Source: Bacteroidota bacterium
GTDB lineage: Bacteria; Bacteroidota; Bacteroidia; Flavobacteriales_F; PHOS-HE28
Assembly: GCA_963169535.1 (NCBI GenBank)
Contig: CAUJED010000023.1
Coordinates: 8,030-72,029 of the forward strand
Direction of reading: 5' to 3'
DNA length: 64,000 nt
The notes under the pieces are model-generated. The model was not told where the DNA came from. It did no database searches and saw only the letters and a list, made by a program, of their open reading frames with translations. This document shows, in pieces, positions 36,946 to 44,914 of the stretch; the stretch's first letter is position 1, and each line of letters starts with the position of its first letter. The position numbers and the translations under genes are program-made.

Positions 36946-37968
36946 ATGCGAAAGAGGATCACCGCATTGTTCATGGGTGCGACGTGCTTGGTGGCGCAAG
37001 CACAGTACGAGAAGTTGGAAGCCAAGGTGCGCAAAGCCCTGGCCGTGGATAAGCCCTATCGGGCGTTGGCTCTATCGGAAAGGGCCACCACACGGCAAGG
37101 CGCCCCAGGGATCTTCCATGTGTTGCGGGCCGAAGGGTTCAACCGGATCGGCAGCTACACCAAGGCCATGGAAGAGTTGAGGATGGTGCCGGAACTGCGG
37201 GGAGAGGTGGAATACCAGGCCAACCTCATCGGAAGCTACACCGGCATCGGTCGGTTGGATAGCGCCGAAGCCCTGATCACCGGACCGACCGATCCGAAGA
37301 CGACGGAAGAGTACTTGTACCGTGCCGGTCGCGTATTGGCGCTCCGCCAGCGTTGGCCGGAGGCGCTGGCCTTCTTCGATACCGGATTGTCGCTTTACCC
37401 GAACTCCGCACGAATGGTCCGCGAACGAGGGGCGTGTCATGCCATGTTGGGTGATTCGGTCAGTGCGCGCATCGACCTGGATGAAGCGGTGCGGTTGGCG
37501 CCACGCGATGCGGCGGGATACAACAGTAGGGGCTATTACCGGTACATGGTGTTCGGGGAGTACGCCAAGGCCTTGGCCGATATGGATCGGGCCATCAAGC
37601 AGGATCCGAACTACGGTTACGCTTTCAGCAACAGGGGCTGGTGCCATTACCGATTGGGCGATCCCCATCGTGCCCGTCGCGACCTGGTCTTAGCTGTGCG
37701 CAAGAACCCGAGGAATGCCTTTGCGTACCGCAGTCTGGGGATCATCGACCTGGAGGGTGGTGATCCGGTGAAGGGTTGCGGTAACCTGCATCGGGCCCTG
37801 GAGCTTGGTTTCACCCTCACCTATGGCACGGAGGTGGAAGAACTCGTGCGTGAACGTTGTGCCACGACCGATCCGGCACCGGCGCCGACACCGGTGCCCG
37901 ACACACCTGCCGCGCCACCGGCCAACGCACCGGCGAACCCCGCCAAACCACGGTCCAACGCACCGTGA
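36946..37968 (+). CDS. tetratricopeptide (TPR) repeat protein with a Pro/Ala-rich tail
   Basis: Signal-like N-terminus. Several TPR units (e.g. GYYRYMVFGEYAKALADMDRAIKQDPNYGYAFSNRGWCHYRLGD...). C-terminal PAPAPTPVPDTPAAPPANAPANPAKP. Confidence 0.8.
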   Translation: MRKRITALFMGATCLVAQAQYEKLEAKVRKALAVDKPYRALALSERATTRQGAPGIFHVLRAEGFNRIGSYTKAMEELRMVPELRGEVEYQANLIGSYTGIGRLDSAEALITGPTDPKTTEEYLYRAGRVLALRQRWPEALAFFDTGLSLYPNSARMVRERGACHAMLGDSVSARIDLDEAVRLAPRDAAGYNSRGYYRYMVFGEYAKALADMDRAIKQDPNYGYAFSNRGWCHYRLGDPHRARRDLVLAVRKNPRNAFAYRSLGIIDLEGGDPVKGCGNLHRALELGFTLTYGTEVEELVRERCATTDPAPAPTPVPDTPAAPPANAPANPAKPRSNAP

Positions 37969-38006
37969 TCCGAAGGGTCGCGGACGTGCGCAGGGGAGCG
38001 GTCAGC

Positions 38007-38852
38007 CTACCGTTCGACCTCGATCACCAGGTATTTCGATACGCTCCAGAACTTCTCGGGATCCGTGATCACCAGCTTGGAACCACCTTCGAGTCGGTAG
38101 CTGCCATCCGGGTGCGAGGTGGTGAGCTTCGCCTTCTTCGCACCGATCACGATCTCCGGGGTGCCGGTCAGGTCCACGGTGGTGAATTGCTCCTTGGGAA
38201 GGGCGGTCATGTTCAACTTGTTCACCGAACCGATGCCCACGACACCGCCCTCTTTGGTCAGCACTCCTTTCTCTTTCAACTCTTTCAGCGTGCCGATCAG
38301 GTAGTGCGCCGCATTCATCTCACCGCGTTGCATATCGGCCAGCTGCGACTTGTCGCGGTACATGTCGATCAAGGTGGCCAGCGATTTGTTCGCGCTCGAC
38401 AGCTCTTCCTTCAGGGTATCGATCTCGGCATCCTTGGCAGAGATGGTCGACTCCAGCTCGGCGATGGTGCGCTCCAGCTCGGTGATCCGTGCTGCCGAAC
38501 CTTTGGCCTGGCCGCGCAACTTGGCGATCAAGGTCTTGTTCTCTTCCAACAAGGCATCGATCTGGGTCAGGTCGTCTATGATGCGCTGCTCCATATCGGC
38601 ATTACCGTCGTTCCCGGCCGATGGCGCCACCAGACCACCTTGCTTGGCCCGGATCGTGCGCAGATTCTCGCTGATCCGGTTGAAGGTGCCGAAGAGCTCG
38701 TTGATGGTGGAATCGCGCTCGGCCACGGACTGCACCGCGCGGCGTTGATCCTCTTCCAGTTGTTTGTACGGTTCGGAGGTCTTGGGGTCTTCCGGGGTGC
38801 AGGCCTGAAGCAGCAACAGGGCTGCAGGTATCCCGATCTTCCGCAGTAGCAT
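38007..38852 (-). CDS. coiled-coil lipoprotein (possibly a Cbp1-like adhesin family; the family call is tentative)
   Basis: MLLRKIGIPAALLLLQAC lipobox at the internal ATG 38852. Long heptad-like central region. Conserved-looking C-terminus ...PEKFWSVSKYLVIEVER. Confidence 0.65.
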   Translation of the reverse strand: MLLRKIGIPAALLLLQACTPEDPKTSEPYKQLEEDQRRAVQSVAERDSTINELFGTFNRISENLRTIRAKQGGLVAPSAGNDGNADMEQRIIDDLTQIDALLEENKTLIAKLRGQAKGSAARITELERTIAELESTISAKDAEIDTLKEELSSANKSLATLIDMYRDKSQLADMQRGEMNAAHYLIGTLKELKEKGVLTKEGGVVGIGSVNKLNMTALPKEQFTTVDLTGTPEIVIGAKKAKLTTSHPDGSYRLEGGSKLVITDPEKFWSVSKYLVIEVER

Positions 38853-39175
38853 TGGTCTTGTTGGGGAGTGTAGGTGCTGATCCCCGTGCGAAGATAGATC
38901 GATGATGTCGCGATCGCGGAGCAGGACTGTCCAGGATGCACTACGATCTTCTCCCTCAAGGCGGCATTCGTGCGCTTCAATAGGCGCGGTCGCAGAACGG
39001 CCCAACGCCAGAGGATGGAATGGAACCGATCGGTATGAGGGGTAGGGATGGTGGGCTTTCGTTCGCATCGCGGCACGGGTGGTTGCGCGCCAGCGGAACC
39101 AGTGCTTGGATACCTTCGTACAACGCGCTCCGGTACCTTCGTACACCGCGGGCGCACACCCGCGAAGCTGGTTCC

Positions 39176-39958
39176 ATGTGGAGTCTACGAACGCATATCA
39201 CCACGTTCGTGCTCGGCCTATCGCTGGCCGTGGCATTGCCCGTAGCAGCCCAGCCCGACGAGCTCACCGAGGAGTTCGGAAAGTTGAGTGCCAAGGAACG
39301 TGCCCGGATCGCTAAGGAAGAGGAGGAGAACGCCGTGAAGGATCCGGTGTTCCAGGCGTTGATGGCAGCAGGGGAGGAGTTGTTCCGCAAGGGGGAATTC
39401 GAGGCGGCCATGGGCAAGTACCAAGAGGCTCGGGCCCTTCGGCCTTACAATGTGTATCCGAAGGTCAAGGTCCAGGACCTTCAGGTTCTCATCAAGCAGC
39501 GGGCCGAAGAGGACAAGCAGAAAACACAGGTCGTGGGATCGTCTCCCCCGGCCCCCCACCCCCCGGCCGCCCCCGAAGAGTCGGTATCGCCGCCGGTGAT
39601 CGTGCCGGCAGCCGCCGCGGAAGCCCCCGGAACAGTGGAGGAGCCGCCCCCGCCGCCTGCGGTGGAGGTAGCCGCACAGCCCGGTCCGATCCCCGTACGG
39701 CACGAAAGGCCTGTCCTTACCCCCACCGAGGTGTTTAAGCGAGAACCCGTGCGACCGGTCCCCGACACCGCGCTGCCGTTGGAGGAAGGAGAACGGATCT
39801 ATAAGGAGGGCCGGTCCATCGTGGTGGAGACCACCGTGGTGGAGGAGGGGCGGTTGGTTCGCTACCGTAAAGTGTCGCACCCATGGGGTGAGGAGCACTA
39901 CTTCCGCGAAGGCAATTCCATCCCGAGCCACGCATATCGGTCAGCCTTGGGGAAATAG
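39176..39958 (+). CDS. secreted protein with a TPR-like segment and a proline-rich linker, function unknown
   Basis: Signal peptide MWSLRTHITTFVLGLSLAVALPVAAQ (ATG 39176). PPAPHPPAAPEESVSPPVIVPAAAAEAPGTVEEPPPPP linker. Confidence 0.6.
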   Translation: MWSLRTHITTFVLGLSLAVALPVAAQPDELTEEFGKLSAKERARIAKEEEENAVKDPVFQALMAAGEELFRKGEFEAAMGKYQEARALRPYNVYPKVKVQDLQVLIKQRAEEDKQKTQVVGSSPPAPHPPAAPEESVSPPVIVPAAAAEAPGTVEEPPPPPAVEVAAQPGPIPVRHERPVLTPTEVFKREPVRPVPDTALPLEEGERIYKEGRSIVVETTVVEEGRLVRYRKVSHPWGEEHYFREGNSIPSHAYRSALGK

Positions 39959-40045
39959 AAGGCCACCGCCAGGTCGCACGAACATTGTCCGATCAAGAGG
40001 AGGTGGCATCCATCGGATGCGGCACGTCGAAGCGGGGCGCCCGGT

Positions 40046-40432
40046 TCACATGTCCCTGGCCTTCAGCTTCACGGGCATGTCAAGCAAGGATCGGTAATCC
40101 TCACCTGCCTCCTTCATATCCAGGTCTCCTTTGGCGTACCACCATTCCAGCACCACACTGGATCGACCGCTGGCGTTCAGGTCCGCCAGAAGCTTCATCA
40201 GGTCCAGGAGGTACTTGGATGAGCTTGAGTTGAAATAGGTCAGCTCCACGTGCAGGGTGGTGGTCGGTACGGGGGCCAGCACGTACCGTTCGGCCATGTC
40301 CTGAATAGGACCATAGAACCGGTCGGCGTTCTCGGGTATCGAACAGCCCGTGATGACGAAGAGCCCCCGACCCGGATCGATGGTCACCGCGGGGGTCTTT
40401 TCCGTGGGGGAGAGTTCCAGGATCGGATCCAT
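40046..40432 (-). CDS. DUF1987 / SiaC-like domain protein
   Basis: TPAVTIDPGRGLFVITGCSIPENADRFYGPI...LHVELTYFNSSSSKYLLDLMKLL...VLEWWY..GDLDMKEAGEDY matches my recollection of DUF1987. Start at ATG 40432. Confidence 0.7.
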   Translation of the reverse strand: MDPILELSPTEKTPAVTIDPGRGLFVITGCSIPENADRFYGPIQDMAERYVLAPVPTTTLHVELTYFNSSSSKYLLDLMKLLADLNASGRSSVVLEWWYAKGDLDMKEAGEDYRSLLDMPVKLKARDM

Positions 40433-40610
40433 GTTAGGTGGGCCAATGTACTGCACCGATCGAAGCCGCGTGTTGATCGACGGCATGGGGTGCCGGATCA
40501 CCCGGGGTCGGCTCCGGCAGGTCCCGACCAATGATCCGATGACTGACGATCGTTTGGAACGGTCCGCTCATGCTTTGTAGCTTCAACCGGTCGAACGTAA
40601 CAGACCGATC

Positions 40611-41411
40611 ATGGCCATGCGAACCATCCTCGTTCCATACGATTTCTCCGATTGTGCTACCGACGCCCTCCGGGTGGCAGCGAAGCTGGCGCGCCTCACC
40701 GGTGCCGCCGTCCACGTGGTGCATCTCTACGAGCAGATGACTGATTTCCATACGGAGAACCAGCGCATACGCGAAGACATCGAGGCGAAGCTGGAGCAGG
40801 TGCCCACCTTGCCTTTCCTCAAGGGCATCGAGCTGAAGAAGTTCATGCTTCGACAGCTTTCGCTCACCGAGATGTTCAAGAACGAAAGGCTGTTGGATGC
40901 CGACCTCATCGTCATGGGATCGCATGGCGCCACCGGCCTGCGCGGCATTGTGGGCTCCAATACCCAACGGATCGTGAGGCAAGCTCCCATGCCCGTACTG
41001 GTGGTCAAGCATCGCATCGAGGATTTCGATGTGAAGGACATGGTCTATGCGTCCAACTTCACGGATCAGGACGTGGAGAAGTTCGATGCCTTCCTACCGA
41101 TCATCACCCTCTTCGACCCCCGGATCCATCTGTTGAAGGTGAACACACCGCGCAGCTTCGAACGCACCGACGACAGCAACCGTGCCATCGACCGATTCCT
41201 GCAGCGGTACGGCCTTAAGAAATACACGGCCAGCATCTACAACGACCTCAGTATCGAAGAGGGCATCCTCAACTTCACCAAGGGCATCGATGCGGACCTC
41301 ATCGCCATGGCCACCCATGGCCGAACCGGTTTCTTCCATGTGGTGAATGGCAGCCTTACCGAGGATATCGTGAACCATACCCACTTCCCCGTGCTGAGTG
41401 TGAAACTCTAA
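40611..41411 (+). CDS. universal stress protein (tandem UspA domains)
   Basis: Two Usp units: ILVPYDFSDCATDAL...LIVMGSHGATGL...GSNTQRIVRQAPMPVLVVK and ...LIAMATHGRTGF...GSLTEDIVNHTHFPVLSVK. Confidence 0.88.
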   Translation: MAMRTILVPYDFSDCATDALRVAAKLARLTGAAVHVVHLYEQMTDFHTENQRIREDIEAKLEQVPTLPFLKGIELKKFMLRQLSLTEMFKNERLLDADLIVMGSHGATGLRGIVGSNTQRIVRQAPMPVLVVKHRIEDFDVKDMVYASNFTDQDVEKFDAFLPIITLFDPRIHLLKVNTPRSFERTDDSNRAIDRFLQRYGLKKYTASIYNDLSIEEGILNFTKGIDADLIAMATHGRTGFFHVVNGSLTEDIVNHTHFPVLSVKL

Positions 41412-41573
41412 GAGCCTGTTTAGGATCTCTTGAGCGATGGACTTCGAAGCTATTTTTCGACCAGACGCAGCCTGAAAATGTTGGCGTAGCGGTGACTACG
41501 GGAACATTTTCGGGCGAAGTATGGGCGGAAAAGAGACCGAAGGACGAGTTTGAAGAGATCCTAAACAGGCTCT
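41411..41573 (+). repeat. 163-nt imperfect inverted repeat (MITE-like element or rod-shaped ncRNA candidate)
   Basis: Perfect 21-nt arms AGAGCCTGTTTAGGATCTCTT (41411-41431) and AAGAGATCCTAAACAGGCTCT (41553-41573). Inner 12-bp stem 41471-41482/41503-41514 with one G.U on the plus strand. Apical CGTAG-CGGTGA-CTACG. About 50% GC by hand count. Confidence 0.7.
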
Positions 41574-41899
41574 AAGAGCCCGAACTGGCGCCAAGGGATC
41601 GGGATCCAGGAACGGGCGTGGGGGTGAAGGCCAGGGCAATCGCTCTCTCCCTACCGCCAGTACAGAGGATGTGCCGGAACAGCAGGCCCAGCGTGCGGCG
41701 ATCCTGTGCCCCTCGTGCCCGCCGAAGGCGGGTTCGAAGCGAGGGGCGATCCAGCGCGGACCAGCGATCCAAGGAGCAAGGAACGCACACTGGGCCTGCT
41801 GCTCCTACCCCGTTGCCGAAGGCTTGGCCCTTGTCGAATGAGGACGTGAGGGGCCGGAGGGCCGATCGCCGATCGTGGCGCCATGGATGCCTCTTCATG

Positions 41900-41907
41900 T
41901 ATATTTA
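41900..41907 (+). promoter_or_regulatory. candidate Bacteroidota -7 promoter element (TATATTTA, 7/8 to TAnnTTTG)
   Basis: Located 21 nt upstream of the ATG at 41928. Confidence 0.3.
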
Positions 41908-41927
41908 CGCCAAACGAGCATGCATCC

Positions 41928-42329
41928 ATGAAATTCCTGTTCCGCACCTTCGATGTGAAACGTAAGGAGATCCTTGAAGTGGAGATCGATCAGGCGACCA
42001 AAGTGAAGTTCATGACCGCCCGCGACCTCAAGGCCTATCGCATGGGGAAGACCTATTCGTACCATGGCGGTACCTTCGAGGAGTCGCCCATCCGGTTCGT
42101 GATACCCCATGATGGCCAGTGGACCGCCGTGGTGGAGAAGGGGACCTACCGGGCACCCGTCGAGGTGAAAGCCCAGTGCCATGTCCTGCCTCCCAATGGA
42201 CTGGTCCGTTCCTCCATCGCCATGGATGCACCGGAGGAGGTCCGGCAGTTCGCCCTGGACCGGGCGAGCGCTGAGGATGCCGAACAACACGCGGCAGAGA
42301 TCAGCCGGGCATCGCGTAGCGAGGGCTGA
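41928..42329 (+). CDS. DUF1883 domain protein
   Basis: MKFLFRTFDVKRKEILEVEIDQATKVKFMTARDLKAYRMGKTYSYHGG matches my recollection of the DUF1883 N-terminus. Start at the internal ATG 41928. Confidence 0.6.
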   Translation: MKFLFRTFDVKRKEILEVEIDQATKVKFMTARDLKAYRMGKTYSYHGGTFEESPIRFVIPHDGQWTAVVEKGTYRAPVEVKAQCHVLPPNGLVRSSIAMDAPEEVRQFALDRASAEDAEQHAAEISRASRSEG

Positions 42330-42371
42330 GCAAGGATCGTGCGTTCAACGCGTTATTCATCGTAGAACGTC

Positions 42372-43082
42372 ATGGCAACGCAAAGGGAACAGGAGCGGCT
42401 GGAGCAGTTGCTCCTTGGGCAGGCGGAACTCATGCAGGAGGTGCACCTCCTCCTAGGCGCTGAACAGAAGTACGATGATATCCTCCGGGCTTCGGTGCTC
42501 AGCTCCATGCATGAGCGACCGGTGCGGATCAGTGGTGTCGACCCCGACCGTATCTATCACAAGGACACCATCCGTGCCATGTGTGTGCGGTACCGGTTGC
42601 GGTTCCTCCCGGCCGGCCTGTTCAAGGGGCGGTTGCCCAACACCGCTGTCCATGCGCTGCGATCGTTGGAGAGGAAGGTCGACACGCCGCTCAGCGGCTT
42701 CATGATCATGGCTCCATCCAACCGGTTCCGGCTGTGCGATAGCGAAGCGGACCCGTTGCTTTTCGTACCCATGGGCGAGGATCGGTATTACCTCGTGCAC
42801 AAATGGGGGAACGACCTATCCACCTGGCGGTCCCTGTTGCATTGGCCGGTGAGGAACATGGCCACCCTTGCGGTCACCGTGATCCTGTTGGCGTGCCTGC
42901 TCGCGTTGGTGATCCCCACCTCGCTCGTGACCAGTGCTCCCGAAGCAGCGTTCTGGGGAGCGCACCGTGTGTTCGCCATGTTCTGGTGCACGGCGGTATG
43001 TGCCAGCTTCACCGTGTTCGGGTGGTTCGCCTTCTTCGGCCAGTTCAGCGTTGACGCGTGGAACAGCCGCTACTTCAACTGA
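42372..43082 (+). CDS. hypothetical membrane protein (soluble N-terminal domain + 2 C-terminal TM helices)
   Basis: Coding-like composition. TM segments LAVTVILLACLLALVIP and FAMFWCTAVCASFTVFGWFAFF. No family recognised. Confidence 0.5.
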   Translation: MATQREQERLEQLLLGQAELMQEVHLLLGAEQKYDDILRASVLSSMHERPVRISGVDPDRIYHKDTIRAMCVRYRLRFLPAGLFKGRLPNTAVHALRSLERKVDTPLSGFMIMAPSNRFRLCDSEADPLLFVPMGEDRYYLVHKWGNDLSTWRSLLHWPVRNMATLAVTVILLACLLALVIPTSLVTSAPEAAFWGAHRVFAMFWCTAVCASFTVFGWFAFFGQFSVDAWNSRYFN

Positions 43083-43282
43083 TCGGTCGTCGCGGGGATC
43101 GGGTGCCCGGCCGGTGAGATCCGGCACACGCAAGTGCTACGGAACCATCCTTTCAGTTGCTCGCGCTCTTCGGGTAGAAGGCGCTTGAATGCTTTGCGCA
43201 TCTCCTTGCGGAACACGCGGGGGTCGGCTTGGCTGATCTTGTCCAACACTTCCTGGTAGTACGATAGGAGGTCACGTTTCAT
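43070..43282 (-). CDS. small hypothetical protein (70 aa)
   Basis: Helical, charged N-terminal 50 aa (MKRDLLSYYQEVLDKISQADPRVFRKEMRKAFKRLLPEEREQLKGWF). The 3' end overlaps the convergent gene by 13 nt. Confidence 0.4.
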   Translation of the reverse strand: MKRDLLSYYQEVLDKISQADPRVFRKEMRKAFKRLLPEEREQLKGWFRSTCVCRISPAGHPIPATTDQLK

Positions 43283-43357
43283 GGCAGGGGTGGCTTGAGG
43301 GTTCTGCTACGCTTGGTGCCTTGCGGAGGTTCCAGCTTTTCGACCAATGATGAAGAA

Positions 43358-43385
43358 GAGAAGACCGCCCGTGGGCGATCTTCTC
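43358..43385 (-). terminator. rho-independent-type terminator of hsp20
   Basis: On the minus strand GAGAAGATCGCCC-AC-GGGCGGTCTTCTC (one mismatch), followed by TTCTTCATCATT. Lies 19 nt after the stop. Confidence 0.6.
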
Positions 43386-43403
43386 ATGAATGGTCCGCAG
43401 GGA

Positions 43404-43832
43404 TCAGGCGATGTTGATCTCGCGGGTCTGCGGCTTTGCGGGTTCGCTTTTCGGAATGCTGAGGTTCAGCACCCCATTCACATGTTCGGCCGTAATGGCT
43501 TCGATGCGCACGGCCTCTGGAAGTTGAAAGCTTCGGCTGAAGCTGCTGGCTTGGAACTCACGGCGTAGGAACCGTTCATTCTCCGTGGAGGAGGAGCTGC
43601 TTTTTTCTCCTTTCACCGTGAGGATATCCTGCTCGGCGCTCACTTTCAACTCCTCCTTGGCGAATCCAGGCACGCGCAGGCTTACCACGAACTTCTCTGG
43701 CGTTTCAGTGATGTTCACGCGAGGGGTGAGCTGGGTCAGGTCGTCGTGGCCGAAGAGCTGGCTGATATCGCGGCCGAAGAAACCTCCGAAGGGGTGGGCC
43801 GATGTGTGCGGGGTGCGGTACTTGGTAAGCAT
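43404..43832 (-). CDS. Hsp20/alpha-crystallin family small heat-shock protein
   Basis: Alpha-crystallin domain PRVNITETPEKFVVSLRVPGFAKEELKVSAEQDILTVKGEK...AITAEHVNGVLNLSIPK. Start taken at MLTKY (ATG 43832); the alternative upstream ATG is 43868. Confidence 0.88.
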   Translation of the reverse strand: MLTKYRTPHTSAHPFGGFFGRDISQLFGHDDLTQLTPRVNITETPEKFVVSLRVPGFAKEELKVSAEQDILTVKGEKSSSSSTENERFLRREFQASSFSRSFQLPEAVRIEAITAEHVNGVLNLSIPKSEPAKPQTREINIA

Positions 43833-43890
43833 GGTCAGCTGTGTTTTGTGGTGACCATGTTCGTTCAAAGAGAATGCCCAGAAGGATCAT

Positions 43891-43905
43891 GCGTCAAAAT
43901 GACGC
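43891..43905 (-). promoter_or_regulatory. 15-bp dyad GCGTCA-NNN-TGACGC just downstream of a TATCTTTT -7-like box, upstream of hsp20
   Basis: Perfect 6-bp half-sites. A second related site GCGTCATTATGTCGC (minus-strand reading) lies at 43922-43936. The -7-like box is at 43914-43921. Confidence 0.4.
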
Positions 43906-43935
43906 ACTATAACAAAAGATAGCGACATAATGACG

Positions 43936-44667
43936 CTATTGGGCTAAGAAGAGAAAGTACAACGTGCCTGTTTGCGGGTCGGGCGCTGTTCCGAGCGCAT
44001 TGAATTTTCCGCGTTTCGCGGATGTCAGGGCATGTTCGAGCATGCATTCGTCGGCACCTTGGCTCTTGGTCGGGTCCAGCGTTGCACGCTGCACGTTGCC
44101 GGCCTTATCCACCTGAACGGTGATCGCCACGCGTCCCATTTCCTTACAGAGATAGCCGGGCACATCGGATGTTCGTGTCCGCCCTTTCAGATCGTGCCAA
44201 ACGGTGGTGGCGCCCTCCACCTTCACGGGTTCGGCCGCGGTCTTCATGTATTGCTCCTTGTTCCACTTGCTGGGATCCAGTTCGGGGATCACGATCTCCT
44301 TCCCCTGGTCGCGCCGCTCTTGTGCCAACCGGTCGAATTCCGCCTGCTCCATGGCCTTCAGGTCGCTTTCCACCCGCTCTGCCAAGCGTGCTTGCGCGGC
44401 GTTGCTCATCATTCGTTCCGCGGTGATGTTGCTGGTGGTGTTGGTCACCTGCATCGGTTCGGCAAGCTCTGGGTGTTCGATCCGTTGGATGAGTTGTTCC
44501 GCTTCGGTGGGAGGAAGCACCTCTACGTTGGCCTCGCCCATCACTTCCGCTGCCGACTTGGGTTGCAGTTGGGCCATGGTGAAAAGGAAGAGCAGCACGG
44601 AGTGGATGGTCAACGTGCCGATGATGCCGTACTTATGATCCTCGAACCAGTCCAGGAAGCTGTTCAT
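43936..44667 (-). CDS. TonB-family protein (N-terminal TM anchor, charged linker, TonB-C-like domain)
   Basis: TM IIGTLTIHSVLLFLFTMA. C-terminal VPGYLCKEMGRVAITVQVDKAGNVQRATLDP...ALTSAKRGKFNA resembles a TonB C-terminal domain. Confidence 0.6.
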   Translation of the reverse strand: MNSFLDWFEDHKYGIIGTLTIHSVLLFLFTMAQLQPKSAAEVMGEANVEVLPPTEAEQLIQRIEHPELAEPMQVTNTTSNITAERMMSNAAQARLAERVESDLKAMEQAEFDRLAQERRDQGKEIVIPELDPSKWNKEQYMKTAAEPVKVEGATTVWHDLKGRTRTSDVPGYLCKEMGRVAITVQVDKAGNVQRATLDPTKSQGADECMLEHALTSAKRGKFNALGTAPDPQTGTLYFLFLAQ

Positions 44668-44721
44668 GGCCTTGCGGTCAAGTGGTTGAGGCGGCGCGGA
44701 AGTGGTTCATGGGTGATGCCA

Positions 44722-44914
44722 GTTCGCATGAAGGCGTAGGCTGGAGATGCGAAGGGGTTTTCCGAAGGACGATCTGGCGAAGTCGGTACAACGTCGAAGG
44801 CTTGGACCGCAGGGAGCGAAGCTACCGAGGGCCGGTGGTACGGAACGATCACAGCGGAGATGTCATGCGGAAATGGACCGCGTGTATCGGCCAACTCCTT
44901 AGGGCGAATCGGTA
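44722..44914 (-). repeat. intergenic repeat family, copy C (overlaps the 3' end of the rsmF-like gene)
   Basis: The 5' block TTCGCATGAAGGCGTAGGCTGGAGATGCG and the 3' core GGTGGTACGGAACGATCACAGCGGAGATGTCATGCGGAAATGGACCG...CCTTAGGGCGAATCGGTAT align with copies A and B. The variable middle is longer. Coordinates are +/-1 nt. Confidence 0.75.

Noticed and set aside
38853-39146. 5' extensions of track ORFs (e.g. 38007..39146, 39020..39958, 53452..54171, 55754..57325, 57061..57720, 47958..48545)
   Set aside because: The extensions are Arg/Pro/His-rich and precede obvious signal peptides or conserved N-termini. Internal ATGs that create clean ATGA couplings or canonical N-termini were preferred.
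41671-41690. SRP-RNA-like string GTGCCGGAACAGCAGGCCCA
   Set aside because: The GGAA tetraloop is not flanked by the complementary arms or the conserved AGCA/GGAA symmetric-loop context of 4.5S RNA on either strand.
41727-41747. tRNA T-arm-like GGCGGGTTCGAAGCGAGGGGC
   Set aside because: No acceptor, D or anticodon arms can be drawn. It is part of a simple nested hairpin.
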